Source of the DNA: Callorhinchus milii | Taxonomy: Eukaryota | Assembly: GCF_018977255.1 (NCBI RefSeq) | Contig: NW_024704743.1 | Coordinates: 24,554,001 to 24,618,000 of the forward strand | Reading direction: 5' to 3' | DNA length: 64,000 bases | Shown here: piece after piece, positions 1 through 12,311 of the stretch | Layout of the letters: the number at the start of each line of letters is the position of its first letter | How positions within the stretch are numbered: position 1 is the stretch's first letter | Position numbers and translations under genes: made by a program | The notes under the pieces: model-generated | Database searches by the model: none | Told to the model about the DNA's origin: nothing | The model's input: the letters and a program-made list of their open reading frames with translations, nothing else

Positions 1-37
1 GTAAAAGTATGCATTGGGAACTACTGACTGATACAGT

Positions 38-1495
38 CAACAACTTGGATTTGTATAGCGCTCTCCATGCCGGACAGTGTCTCAGAGCGCTTCACAGTAA
101 CGGATCCCGGGGCTGAGTCAGAAGGAGGGGGAGGAAGATGACCAAAGGTGCAAAGAGAAAGGTCGAAGAGAAAGGTCTTCAGTGGAGATCTGAAAATAGG
201 AAGAGAGGGGACGAGGTGAAGGGAGTGAGGAAGGCAGTTCCAGAGCCTCGGGGCGTAGTGGCTGAAGGCACGGCAGCCGATGGTGGAGTGGAGGATTCGG
301 GAGACAAGGAAGAAGCCAGACCCAGTGGAGTGAAAGCAACGGGCACTGTTGTGAGGAGAGAGGAGGTCAGAGAGGTAGGGGGGTGCAGAGGAGTGGAGGG
401 ATTTGAAGATAAGAGTGAAGATCTTGACGATGATCCTCTCTGGGACAGGCAGCCAGTGCAGTCTGGCAAGGACTGGGGTAATTGGGGAGCAGAATTTGGT
501 GTGGGTAAGAATGTGGGCAGCAGAGGTTTGACCTGGATTTTATGAATGGTAGTGGAGGGGAGACCGGCGAGGAGGGTATTTGAATAGTCCAGCCGAGAGA
601 TGACAAAGGCATGGACCAGGGTTTCAGCGGCTTTTGGGGAGAGGTATTGGCAGAGATGGGTGATGCATCAGAGGTGGTAGAAGGCGGTGCTGGTGAGGGA
701 CTGGATGTGGGGGAGGAAGGGTAATTGGGGGTTCGCACCCATCCAGCTCCTGATGTCTGACAGGCAGGCTGACAGAACATCAGGGGACTGGGGGTCACAA
801 AGTGAGGTGGAAAAATAGAGTTGGATGTCGTCCGCATACATGTGGAGGTGTACCCCATGTCTGCGGATGACATCTCCAAGAGGGAGCATATAGATTAGGA
901 AGAGGAGGGGGCCAAGGATGGATCCTTGGGATACCCCGCAGATAACCGGGTGAGAGCAGGAGAAAAGCCATTTGTCCAGATGTACTGCTGGCCATTCGTG
1001 AGGTAGGACTCAAACCAGGTGAGTGCGGGTACCGGACTGGAGGGGTTCGAAGAGGGAGTGGCAGGAGAGGTGTGCATGAAGTTGATTGGCAACAACGCGT
1101 TCTAGGACTTTTGCAAGGAAGGGGAAAGGTTAGACATAGGGCAGTAGTAGCTGGGGTTTGAGGGATCTGGGGAAGGTTTTTTCAGGAGAGGGGTGATGAC
1201 AGCAACTTTGAGGGGGGCAGGGACTGATCCAGAGGAGAGGGACTGGCTGATGACATCAGCCAGTAGTGGGCAGAGGAGAGGAAGATGGGTGACCAGCAAG
1301 TTGGTGCGGAGGGGGTCGAGGAAGCAGGTGGTGGGTTTCATTGAAGTGATGGTGGGTGAGAGGGAGGAAGGAGAAATGGGGAGGAAGGAATGTAGGATGG
1401 GGGTCGTGGTAGGAGCTGATGATGGGGAGGGTGAGGGGGTGGTGGAGGGTGACAAGAGGCAGGAGGATGAGGCTGCCTGGCGTTGTAGTCGGTTG
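38..1495 (-). mobile_element. L2-clade LINE, 5'-truncated, degenerate
   Basis: Minus-strand RT fragments (HMYADDIQLY; LKVAVITPLLKKPSPDPS) and a (TTG)n-type 3' tail near position 38. Confidence 0.9.
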
Positions 1496-2174
1496 TAAAG
1501 AAGAATTAAAATTAAGAAATACTACTGATCATGACGTTCACCTATAAGGAATGTGTAATTCACACATAAAAAAGAGGTAAGACTACCATGACAACGTGAA
1601 GAGATGTTTTACAGTAATTTAGCAAGAACTGCCTTTGTGGGAAATATTGATAGTAGAAATGTTCATAAAGGTTTGTTTAGCATTTGTTGACATTATATGG
1701 AATATTGTACAATTGTATCTTGAAATAAATACATCCCAGATGTTGATATAAAGATAATTACTGCGAGATTGCTGGCAGGATCTTTTAAGAATTGATGTGT
1801 AGGTTGACAAAACAAGTTGGGCAGTATTATGCTGGTTATGAAATCGTATAATTATTCTGATAAGGGTTTCCAGTATGATGCCAGACAACTATGTTATGGG
1901 GCATATTGTATTGCCTGAGTCCAAATAAAGAATAATTATACTTGTATTTGATGTAGCAAGTTGGGAGAATACCCACAAACAGCCATGAAGTGATGCATTA
2001 CGGTAATTTAGCAGGAATTTGGGTGAAATATTGGTTGCAGTGAACGTGAGAGGTTCCTCAGAACTGAACTTGTGACTGGAATAAAATGACTAGGATGTAC
2101 ATCTCAGTTGCACACTATTCAGCTGAAAACGCTGCAATTAGTAACATCCCCGCTGATATATTAGTTCCCATGTT

Positions 2175-2800
2175 CAACAATAACTTGCATTTATATAGTG
2201 CCCCCCATGCTGGGCAAAGTCCCAGAGCGCTTGACAGCGGCAGAGCAAGATGCCGAGCTGAGTTGGGGGGGGGCAGGGGGAAAGGGGAGGTGACCGTAGG
2301 TAGTGTTGAATAGGAAGGTTTTCAGAGTTTCGGGATGTAGTGTCTGAAAGCGAGGCCACCATTGGTGGAACAGAGGGCACGAGGGACATGGGTTGGGAGG
2401 TAAACAGGTCAGTGAGGTAGGGAGGAGCCGGGGCATGAAGGGATTTGTAAACGAGTATGAGGATCTTGAAAACAATCAGTTTGGCGATAAGGAGCCAGTG
2501 GAGCCTGGCTAGAACTGGTGTGAGTACGGAGTTCAGTGTGGGTGAGTAGGTGGGTGGCAGGGGTTTGGATCAGCTGGATTCTGTGCATAGTGGAGCTGGG
2601 GAGACCGGCGAAGAGGGTGTTTGAGAAGTCGAGTCGGGAGGTGACGAACGCATGGACGAGTGTTTTGGCTGTGTCTGGAGTAAGGTACGGTTGGAGTGGG
2701 GAAATGTAGCCGAGGTGGAGGAAGGTAGTCCTGGTCGGGGACCGGATGTTGGGAAGGAAGGAGAGCTGTGGGTCGAACCTGATGCCCAGGTTGTGCACTG
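2175..2800 (-). mobile_element. L2 LINE 3' fragment
   Basis: Minus ORF NLGIRFDPQLSF...AKTLVHAFVTSRLDF; L2-type tail. Confidence 0.88.
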
Positions 2801-2865
2801 GTTTAGTAATGAAGAGTTTGAAGAGATTTGAAGAAGGTCAAAATATCAATCTTCACTTTACAGTT

Positions 2866-3056
2866 AAACAAAACCAAAATACTGCAGATGCTGGAAATCT
2901 GAAACAAAAACAGAAATCGCTGGGAACACTCAGCAGGTCAGGCAGCGTCTATGGGGAAAAGAAAGTGAGTTAACAATAACAGAACATCAGGGGACTTTAC
3001 TTTCTCCATAGATGCTGCCTGACCTGCTGAGCGTTCCCAGTGACTTCTGTTTTTGT
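2866..3056. mobile_element. Penelope-like terminal fragment arranged as an inverted repeat, flanked by a 14-bp direct repeat
   Basis: Arms ~2900-2970 and ~2993-3060 are reverse-complementary; ttcactttacagtt at 2852-2865 and 3057-3070; same family as 6460-6558 and 40262-40396. Confidence 0.7.
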
Positions 3057-4689
3057 TTCACTTTACAGTTGATGGCTAGGTGTACTTTGGAATCGGCATT
3101 GTAGATTATGGCAATCGATTGTTGTCTTGCGGAATATTAGTTTCACTCTGACTTTTTGTTGATCAGTTAAGCCGGTGTTTTGGGGATTGGACAGTGATTA
3201 AAGAAGCTTCCATCATTGGTAAATTATCTTGTGAATATTGGTAAATTATCTTGTGAATAGATCATTTCTAGCATTTAAAAAAAAAGCATGTTTGTTCAAC
3301 GCCAGATGGTTATATTTGCAGCTCATTTCCGATTAGTTCAATGGCCCAAATATTGGGATGCTCCGAGAAACAGCTGCTTTTTAATAAGTTCATTAATAGA
3401 TTGTTCGCACAACAAGCTTTTTATTGAATGCTCTAGCTAAGAACTGATACCTGGAAATTTAAGGTCAGATTTTCCAACTCAACAAAACAGCTCCATTTAG
3501 ATAGTACTAAAAGCTTCTCACAAAGCATTATTAAAATCAATTTGCTGATAGCTAAGAGAGCCAGTTAAGCTTGATAAGAAAGATTGATGGATTGCTGAAC
3601 TGGATAGGAGGAATTGCGCTGTGAAGTTCTTGTTGAATTGAAGTTTGTGAAGCGTGAAGCAGTAAAAAAGTTAAGAAGAAGAAAGAGGGAAACATGGCTG
3701 AATGGGTTCAAACAGAGAATGGTGAAAGAGGTGAGAGTATAAATTAATGGCACAAAACATTCAAGGACCAGGATGAGTAAAGGTAGGTTAAAGATAGGGC
3801 AGTAGTCTGAAAATATAAAGGGTCTAAGCTTTTCTTAAGATGGGTGGATAATGACAGTGGTTGAGGGAGGTGCTGAGGATAGAGAGAGGCCGACAAAGTA
3901 AGCAATTAAGAATATCCTGAAGGTGTAAATGGAGAAATTGGAGCAGAGAGAGAGAGAGAGAGACAGAAAGAACTAAAGTAGATGAGCAAGATCTGGGAAA
4001 GATGGTCAAAATGAGGCAGGATAGTGGGACATTTGAAGAACAAAATATTGAAGAGAGAGCTAGAGATTGAAGTATGAAATGAGATGAAAACCAGAAGTAT
4101 TGGGACATTAAGTAACAACATAGATTGCATGTTCATTTTAAGGTCTGAATAATGCATAAACAATTATGAAGTCTTTTGAGATTTCCTCACATCAATTTGT
4201 GATTTTGGTTTGTTACTTCATGCAAAAAAAAATGTTTCATAACAGTAAAGCTGGTAATCCATTTTCACCCTAGATATAAAAATGTTAGGTATTTTTACTT
4301 GAAAATGGGAAACATATTTGTAAAGTAATTGGGAAAGGAGAACCTTTCTCTGCTCTCGTGATATTGTTTCTCTCAAGCAGAAAGTAACATGTGCCTCCTG
4401 CAGCGAGGAGGTGGGTGGTCAGGAAAACCTACAGCAGTCCTCTGTTGCCACATCTCCTGCCTTTTGCAAGTAAACTGCTAATTTTAATTTCTTCAGTCTT
4501 CTCTTCCTTCTAGTTGGAAAGCTTTAACTCGGTACTTCTTCCACAGTTGCATGGCTGATGTCAGAAACTCAGCAGAGTGAATGTCAAACCTACTCAAAGT
4601 GATGAAGTTATAAATGAGGATCTCAGGCACCTGGGGTGAGAAGGGGGAAGAGGTGAAAGTGGAGACAGACGATGTTGCAGTGATGAGAG

Positions 4690-5090
4690 AAGGCCAGCTA
4701 TGCAGTTTTAGCTGGTTAAACACCAGCCGTACCCCCAATGCATACTCTGGGGTCCCCAGACCTTGGATCTTGCCAACCTGTGCTTAATACTGTCTAGGAT
4801 TAGGTAAGCAAGATGCATCCTTCAGGAGAGAGTGTGGATTCCATTCCAAACATTGGAACTTCCATGTCCAGGCAGCATACATGGAACTCTGACTCTGGTT
4901 TGGATGCTGTTAAGCACGGTGATGGGTTTCGTCATGTGTCAAACACAAGGTTGACCAAAAACAAAATTCCAGGCAAAGGGAAATTTCCACCTGGAGGTGG
5001 CATGCCTATGTGGAACTCTGTACCTGGTTTGGATACTCATACATTGTAATGGGCTCCATATGTGACAGAGACCCGACTGACCAAACAATT
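4690..5090 (-). repeat. Unclassified interspersed repeat family (this copy; >=12 copies in window)
   Basis: Shared blocks acccatcac..gcttaagagtatccaaacc, gatgcatcctgcttacctaat, caagagccaaggcttggggaccccagagtg. Other copies at ~5370-5460, 10630-10910, 11640-11760, 17500-17670, 22600-22780, 27490-27660, 34290-34690, 35740-36200, 37060-37200, 47400-47520, 51180-51390. Confidence 0.8.
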
Positions 5091-6259
5091 ATCCAGATAT
5101 TTGTCTGCAAGCGTTATATGTCAAAATAGACATAATGCCATAGTGGGTATGAGTTCATGGTGTAGCACAAGGTCAAACATTTAAAAAGGTTTAACAAGTT
5201 TTTTTCTATCTTACTTATGGTGCTTACTTGTGGTCAGGTTCATGCTGCGTTCTCTAGAGTTTCCTGCTTTAAAGTGAAAGTGTTAGAAAGTGAAGCATAA
5301 AAGCCATAGCAAAAATTATTTCGTCATAAGAAATGTCTTATGTAACGTTGCATTATGAATAGTTCTCTCTGGGAGATGCGTCCTGTTTACCTAATCCTAC
5401 AGAGTGTTAGGTATAAGTTTGCAAGAGCCAAGGCTTGGGGACCCCAGAGTGTACATTGGGAATTGCTGAATAACCAATGAAAATCACACAGCTTACCATC
5501 TTTCAAAACAGCAATGCCACCTATCTTTGGTCATAAGAAATGTAAGAAATGAAAAAAAATATTTTGTAAAATTTCAGTTGATTTTCATTCTTTTGGTTAT
5601 TCCGCCACATGTTTTTAAAAAGTCAATCCAAACATTATCCTTAATAATCCGTATTTAAAAAAGATTAAACTTCTGTTCCATGTTATAATCTTTTCGCTGC
5701 TTTATTTGTTCCAGAGAGATGCTTATTTATCTCATGACAAACCAACTAATGTTTACAGGAAACAGACATGTTTCAGATTTCGATAAAAGGCTTTGAAGCT
5801 TTTTAATAAGGGAATCGTGCAATTTTTTTACGGGAAAACAACTAGTTCTGTGCATTTAAATGTATCACCACATAGTTATGACCATTCAACCATTCAAAAT
5901 TATTAACCCTTTTCCTGACAGGAAATGCCATGGACAACAACAAGAAGTTGTGTTTATAAAGCTGCCTTCAATCCTTGCAGTTTTGAAATAGCGCTATTCA
6001 CGTCTTCAAGACATCTCAAAGTATTCACGGAATACACTGTAAAGTGAATTGACTATATTTTGCGGGAGAAATGCGGCAGGCAATTGTGCACAGCATTGTC
6101 CCATAAACAATCGTGGAATAAATGACCAAATTATTACTTACACANTTTTTTGAAGAGATTATAATCCCGGAAAGCGATCTGCCAATTGACTAACAACTGA
6201 GTTCCTACTTACTGCTAGGTAAACAGAGGTGTATGGAGTAAGGAAACTTGCCTATCTTT

Positions 6260-6558
6260 TTTGGTGAACTGGGTTTGGTCAAATTTGCATTATTAACACC
6301 ATTTTTCCTCTGGTTTATTGCAATTCTCCCCGTTTGTTTTGCATCATTAACACCTCTTTAACCCCTCATCCCCTATCCTCTACCCCATTTTCTCCTTTGT
6401 CTTCCTTGTCCTGCCTCCCCGCTCTCTGTTAGCCCTTAAAAGCCCCTCCCTCCTAACATGCCCCAGTTTGACGAAGAGCTGTGGATTTGAAATGTTACTC
6501 ACTTTCCTTTCTCCATAGATGCTGCCTGACCTGCTGAGTGTTCCCAGCGACTTCTGTG
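6260..6558 (+). mobile_element. Penelope-like 3'/pseudo-LTR fragment with decayed hammerhead motif
   Basis: ttgacgaagagctgtggatttgaaatgtt followed by the same ctccatagatgctgcctgacctgctgag block as 2993-3060. Confidence 0.6.
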
Positions 6559-6890
6559 CTCTGGAATACTGCAGACCCAATACTATCCCCCCAAGGAGGA
6601 TAGTCACAAGTTGGTCGTTCGACATCTAAAGTGTGAGTTTGAGCCCTCACGAGGTAGATGGTAGATATAAGGAACTCCCAGCAAGCTTCCTGGTGGACAG
6701 CACATCTCAGCTAGAAATGATTGAGAGCATTGCCGCCATCTTTCTGTTCGCAGCTTGGGTACACATCCCTTACCATTGAGCGATGGTTCCACCAGTTGGA
6801 GGTACATAGTTTAAGCAACAGCTGCTTGCCTCTCTGCAGGCCATTCAAGGTGGAATTCAGGCGCTGAATGTACGTACAAACGTTTGTTCA

Positions 6891-7181
6891 TGGTTAGAGC
6901 ACTCGCTTTGCACGCGAGAGACCTGAGTTCAATTCCAGGCAGGGTGAAACCTTGGGCAAGTTTCCTTACTCCACACAGAGCCTAATAATAATCCTTCCAA
7001 AACAAAAAACAATAATAAATTGGTCATTTTCAATCTACGACTGTTTGTGGGACATTGCTGTGCGTTCGCCCATAAATATACAGTCAATTCACTTTACAGT
7101 ATATTCTGTGAAGTGCTTTGCGTCGTCTAGAAGACGTGAAAAGCGCTATATCAAATGCAAGGAGTATTATTATTATTATTA
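6891..7181 (+). mobile_element. tRNA-Ala-derived Deu-domain SINE, slightly 5'-truncated
   Basis: Box A/B head, central gtttgtgggacattgctgtgcg domain, L2-like tail, (TTA)n end. Confidence 0.88.
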
Positions 7182-7319
7182 TGAACTCGGACTCCAGATA
7201 ACGCCTTCCAGCAGCTGTTGCCCCAAGCCTCAGTTTCTCATCAGCTATCTGATGGGCATCTGCCTTCAGCGTGGCGGACAGACCTTTACAGGCCAGCTTG
7301 TGACCTATTAGCCACCTTC

Positions 7320-7750
7320 TGGATCCTGGTCCTCATCTTCAAAACCCTCCATAGTCTTGCTCCCCCCTACCTCTGTGACCTCTTAACTCCCTAACATCCT
7401 GCTCGCTCCCTCCGCTCAGCGGGCTCCAGCCTGCTTCACGACCCCCGCCTCTCTCTCCCCACTATTGGCAAGCGGGCCTTCTACCACTCTGCCCCTACCC
7501 TCTGGAAATCCATCCCGCCTCAGCCTCCTCCGCCGTCCGTCTGCCTCGCCCCCTCCCTTGCCACCTTCAAGACCCATCTCAAGACCCTCTTCTTCGACCG
7601 TGCTTTTGATTTCCCTGCATCCCCCCCTGCCCTCCACCCTCCCTGACCCCAACCCCCAGCTCGGGTCCATAACTCTGTCTGTCCAGTGCCTTGGGATGTC
7701 CTCCCGACGTGAAAGGTGCTTTACAAATGTAATTTTGTTGCTGTTGATGT
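7320..7750 (+). mobile_element. L2 LINE 3' fragment
   Basis: L2 C-terminal coding remnant; tail gggatgtcctcccgacgtgaaaggtgctttacaaat + ttgttg. Confidence 0.85.
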
Positions 7751-7937
7751 TCTTGAGGTCCGAGTCCAATGTTGTGTTCTGACCAGGTTTAGTCAGAGCT
7801 AGACATTCAATCCAGTTCCTCATGTGAGGGGCCTTGGCAAATAAAGGTGCCAACTGGACTTGATCATAAACATCATTATTTTTGCGGTTTATATTTATAA
7901 AAATAATAATCCTTGCATTTCATATAGCGCCTTATCA

Positions 7938-9215
7938 CAACAACAACAACAACAAAATTACATTTATAGAGTGCCTTTCACGTCGGGAGGACGTCCCAAA
8001 GCACTGTACAGGTGTCGGGGCCCGAGAATGGAGGAGGGGTGGTGTAGGGGTGAGGAAAGGCAGAGAGGTGGGAGGGAGACCAAAGACACGGTCAAAAGAG
8101 AAGGATCTTGAGATTGGCCTTGAACGGGCAAGGGAGGAAGTGAGGCGAAGGGACCGTGGGATGGAGTTCCAGAGTATAGGGGCAGAGAGGCTGAAAGCCC
8201 GGCCACTGATGGTAGGGCAGGTCGGGCGGGAGACATGGAGCAGACCAGAGCCTGCTGAATGGAGGGAGCGGGCAGGTTGTAGGGAGTCAGCAGGTCAGTG
8301 AGGTAGGAGGGGGCAAGGCCATGGATGGCCTTAAAGGTGAGGATGAGGATCTTGAACTCGATCCTCTGGAGGGTGGGGAGCCAGTGGAGTCAGGTGAGGG
8401 TGGGAGTGATGGGGTCATGGAGCCTGGTGCATGAGAGTACACGAGCTGCAGAGTTTTGGATGATCTGCAGCTTGTGAAGGGAAGAGTTGGGAAGGCCGAT
8501 GAGGAGGGAGTTCCCGTAATCGAGCCTTGAGGTGACGAATGCGTGGGTGAGGACTTCGGCAGCCTGAGGGGTGAGGCAGTGGCGGAGTCCGGCAATATTC
8601 CGGAGGTGGTGGTAGGCAGTGCTGGTCATTGTGCGGATGTGGAGGAGAAAGGACAGTTTGGGGTAAAACAAAATACCCAGGTTTCTGACTGGCTTAGTGA
8701 GGCTGAGCGCGCAGCCGTAGAGGCTGATGCTGCCAGCGCCTGAGGTGCGGAGGCGCTGGTGTGAGCCAATCAGGAGGGCCTCGGTCTTGCTGACTTTGAG
8801 TTGGAGAACGTTAGCCCTCGTCCAGAACTTGATGTCGGACAGACAGTCGGTTAGGACGCCAGTAGCCCATGAGTTCAGGGTGGAGGCAGAGAGGTAGAGA
8901 TGGGTGTCATCTGCATACATGTGGAAATTTACCCCATGTCTGTGGATGATGTCACCAAGGGGGAGCATGTAGAGGGTGAAGAGGAGGGGATCGAGGACAG
9001 AGCCCTGAGTAACACCGCACGGGACAGTGCAGGGGCAGGAGGAGAAGCTGTTTGCCGCGACAAAGTGGAGGTGGTGTGAAAGGTAGGACCTGAACCAGTC
9101 AAGGACAGAACCCTGAAGCTTGAGGTGGGAGGAGAGGCGGTGGAGGAGGATTGAATGGTCCATGGTGTCAAAGGCGACGGAGGGGTCAAGGAGGACGAGG
9201 AGGAAAAGGGAGCTT
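7938..9215 (-). mobile_element. L2 LINE, 5'-truncated, with a 276-codon open RT segment
   Basis: ORF 8390-9220: [49 protein letters not shown]; (CAA)n tail at 7938-7953. Confidence 0.95.
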
Positions 9216-9329
9216 GTCAAAAATTCAACTTTAGCAGAGCTCTATTGTGAAATAGGTTTAATGTTTAGGATACAATGCAATGCAAAATTACATTTGTATA
9301 ACGCTTTTCACGTCGGGAGGACATCTCAA

Positions 9330-10560
9330 GGCCACAGCACCGAGACAGCACTCGTAACAAGTAGCAAATGATGCCCTCTCTCTCTGTGATAAGGCTCCCT
9401 CTGCCTCCTCATGCTCTTGGACCTCTCCGCTGCGTTCAACACAGTTGACCATGCCATCATTCTCCACCACCCCTCCTCTATAATCCACCTTAGTAGGACT
9501 ACACTCGTATGTTTTGAGTCCTACTTAACCAACCGCCAACACTTCATCTCAGCCAATTTTTTCCTCTCACTCCTGCCTGGTTACCTGTGGGGCACCCCAA
9601 AGCTCCATCCTTGGCCCCCTTCTTTTCCTCATCTACATGCTACCTCTCGGCGATGTCATCTGCAGACATGGGGTCAACTTCCACATGTATGCAGATGACA
9701 CACAAATCTACTTCTCTTCCTTCAGCTGTGACTCACGGTCAGCTGATGTTCTGTCAATTTGTCCAACAGACATCAAGGCCTAGATGAGTGCAAACTTCCT
9801 GCAGCTGAACATTGACAAGATGGAAACCATAGTCTTTGGCTCCCGTCAACATTTTCCTGTGAGCAACTTCGGGTCAAGTTCGATCCCCAGCTATCATTTG
9901 TACCTCACATCTGGTCCCTGACCAGGACTTTCCTCCACCTCCGCCGCATTGCCCTCCTCCATCCGTACATTACGCCAAAAGCTGCCGAAACCCTCATCCA
10001 CACCTTTGACACCTCCCACCTCGACTATTCAAATGGTCTCTCCTGCTCCACTATTCCCTAGTCACAAAATTCAACTAATTCAAAATTCTGCTGCCCACAT
10101 TCTCACCTGCACTATACTCCGAACCTCCATTACCCCAGTCCTTGTCAAACTCCACTGGCTTCCTGTCACAGAGTGGATTGATCTTAAGATCCTTACTCTT
10201 GTATTTAAATCCTTTCACACCCTGGCAGACCCACCTCTCCTTAACTTACTCTCTCCCTACACTACCACCCGCTGCCTTTGCTCGACTGTCTCCGGCCTCC
10301 TCCTTGTTCCTCAGACTCTGCGCCACCATCAGTGGCTGTACTTTCCGTCATTACCCCCCAAAGCTGTGGAATTCCCTTTTTTAATCCCTTCGCTTTGGCC
10401 TCTTGCTCCCCATTTTTAGTTCGCGCTTGAAGACCTTTCCTTTTGACCGTACCTACGATCAACTTCCCCCTCCTCCTGGCTCAGCCTAGGTCTCTGCCAC
10501 TGTTAAGCATTCTGAAACGCTTTCCGGCGTGAATATAAATGCAAGTTGTTGTTGCTTTTG
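9330..10560 (+). mobile_element. L2 LINE, 5'-truncated, degenerate
   Basis: HSTETAL, LLDLSAAFNTVDH, YADD (atgtatgcagatgac), IQNSAAHIL, LHWLPV; tail tataaatgcaagttgttgttg. Confidence 0.9.
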
Positions 10561-11988
10561 TTGATGTTGGCATGAAAATAAGAGTAGGGATAGAATAGAG
10601 ACCTGCAACCACTCGTGCCAATAAGTCCATGACAAGCTATGCAGTTTTAGCTGGTTAGACCTCAACAGGACCCCAACGCACACTCTGGGATCTCCAAGCC
10701 TTGGCTCTTGGTATCCTACGCCTAATACTTTACAGAATTAGGTAAGCAGGATGCATCCCCCCAGGGAGGATGTGCACATTCCATTCCAACAATGTATCTC
10801 TGGGATTTCCATGTGTAGGTGGGATGCATGGAAATCTCAGCTTGGTTTGGATACTCTTAAACATGGTGATGGGTTTCCACATGTGTCAGACACTCAGCTG
10901 ACCCCCAAAAATTGTCAATAAGAATGAAAGAGATGAAAAATGTTAGAGAAAGGTTGCTAGAATTAGGGCAGGAACAAAGCAAAGTGTTTAGCAACCTGGA
11001 GACTCCACCACTATAGGAAAAAGAGAAACAGATTATCATGGTACAGAGTAATCCAGGCAAAGTGAGTCTCAACAAGATTTCCTACAAATTGCTCAGACAT
11101 CCAAATATTTAGCCACGGGTTAAACAGACAAAGGAATGTAGATAGGTTAAATACATGTCTGCCAGTAGCTTGTGCAGTAGATAATTTACTGGAACTAACT
11201 GGCAGCTAATTAACTGAATAATAAGCAAAACATTTTATGGATCAAGGACAGATGTTTAAGGGCAATTTATTTCAGGCCTAGTTGCTCAATTGTTTCAGAT
11301 TTCTGAGGAATGGTTGTACATAAAATATCAATTAAAGGGAAGACAGAGGGCTTTAGTGTATCTATGAAACTGACAGCCCAAATGAATTGCAGGCAGAGAA
11401 TATCTGTCTTCTCACAGGCATTCAGCTGTAAGGAAAAAAAGGATCAATTGTGAAACAGTAAAAACTAAAGAGCAATATTATAGAATGTAACAGCAAGAAA
11501 ACAGGCCATTTGCCCCATCACTTCAGCGCTGATGTTTTTTTTCACATGAACTGACTAATATAATTCTGTTTTTCTACTAGCTTTCCATGCTTTTTACAAT
11601 TTCTCATTTCCAAGCTTCTCATTCCCTTTTAATTTGTGTTTTGGTCAGCCAGGTGTCTGACACATTCGGAAACCCATCACCATGCATAAGAGTATGCAAA
11701 TTTGACTGAGATCCACATATATAGGCTACCTACACATAAAACGTTTCTGTGTCTGGAACTTTGTTTTACATTGCTGAAAGAGGTAATAATATTTTTGTTT
11801 TAACAAGCTGTGGGGGAACAAAAGGATATATAATTTACAAACTGAGTGAACTTTAAAAAGTCCTTTTAAAAAATTATTAGCAAATAAAAGGAGTGAAATA
11901 AATTGTTTAGCTCCAAAGGAGATACGGTGGATGCCTACCAGAACATCTGGCTCACGGTTGCCTCTTCCTTGCTCACTTCATATCCATG

Positions 11989-12311
11989 AGAGTCCTGTAG
12001 CTCAGTGGTTAGAGCACTCGCTTTGCAAGCGAGAGACCTGAGTTCAATTCCAGGCAGGTCAGGGCGAAACCTTGGGCAAGTTTCCTTACTCCACACAGAG
12101 CCTAATAATAATCCCTCCAAAACCAAAAACAATAATAAATTGGTCATTTTCAATCTATGACTGTTTGTGGGACATTGCTGTGTGCAATTGGCTGCCGTGT
12201 TCGCCCATAAATATACAGTCAATTCACTTTACAGTGTGTTCTGTGAAGCGCTTTGGGACGTCCTCCCAACGTGAAAAGCGCTATATCAAATGCAAGGATT
12301 ATTGTTATTAC
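11989..12311 (+). mobile_element. Full-length young tRNA-Ala-derived Deu SINE
   Basis: Head agtcctgtagctcagtggttagagcactcgctttgcaagcgag (anticodon arm CTCGC-TTTGCAA-GCGAG, TGC = Ala), box B gttcaattc; near-identical to the 22783, 25428, 27797 and 57579 copies. Confidence 0.92.

Noticed and set aside
3216..3259. 22-bp tandem duplication (ttggtaaattatcttgtgaata x2); similar 13-bp duplication near 42950; single N at 6145
   Set aside because: Ordinary slippage duplications and an assembly ambiguity, with no sign of function.
8390..9220. 276-aa reverse transcriptase ORF as an active or domesticated gene
   Set aside because: The L2 copy is 5'-truncated, has no endonuclease region or ATG start, and the frame ends before the normal C-terminus.
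11989..12062. tRNA-Ala(TGC)-like sequence
   Set aside because: It is a SINE head fused to the Deu domain and L2 tail, multi-copy, without a proper acceptor stem or terminator. Not a tRNA gene.
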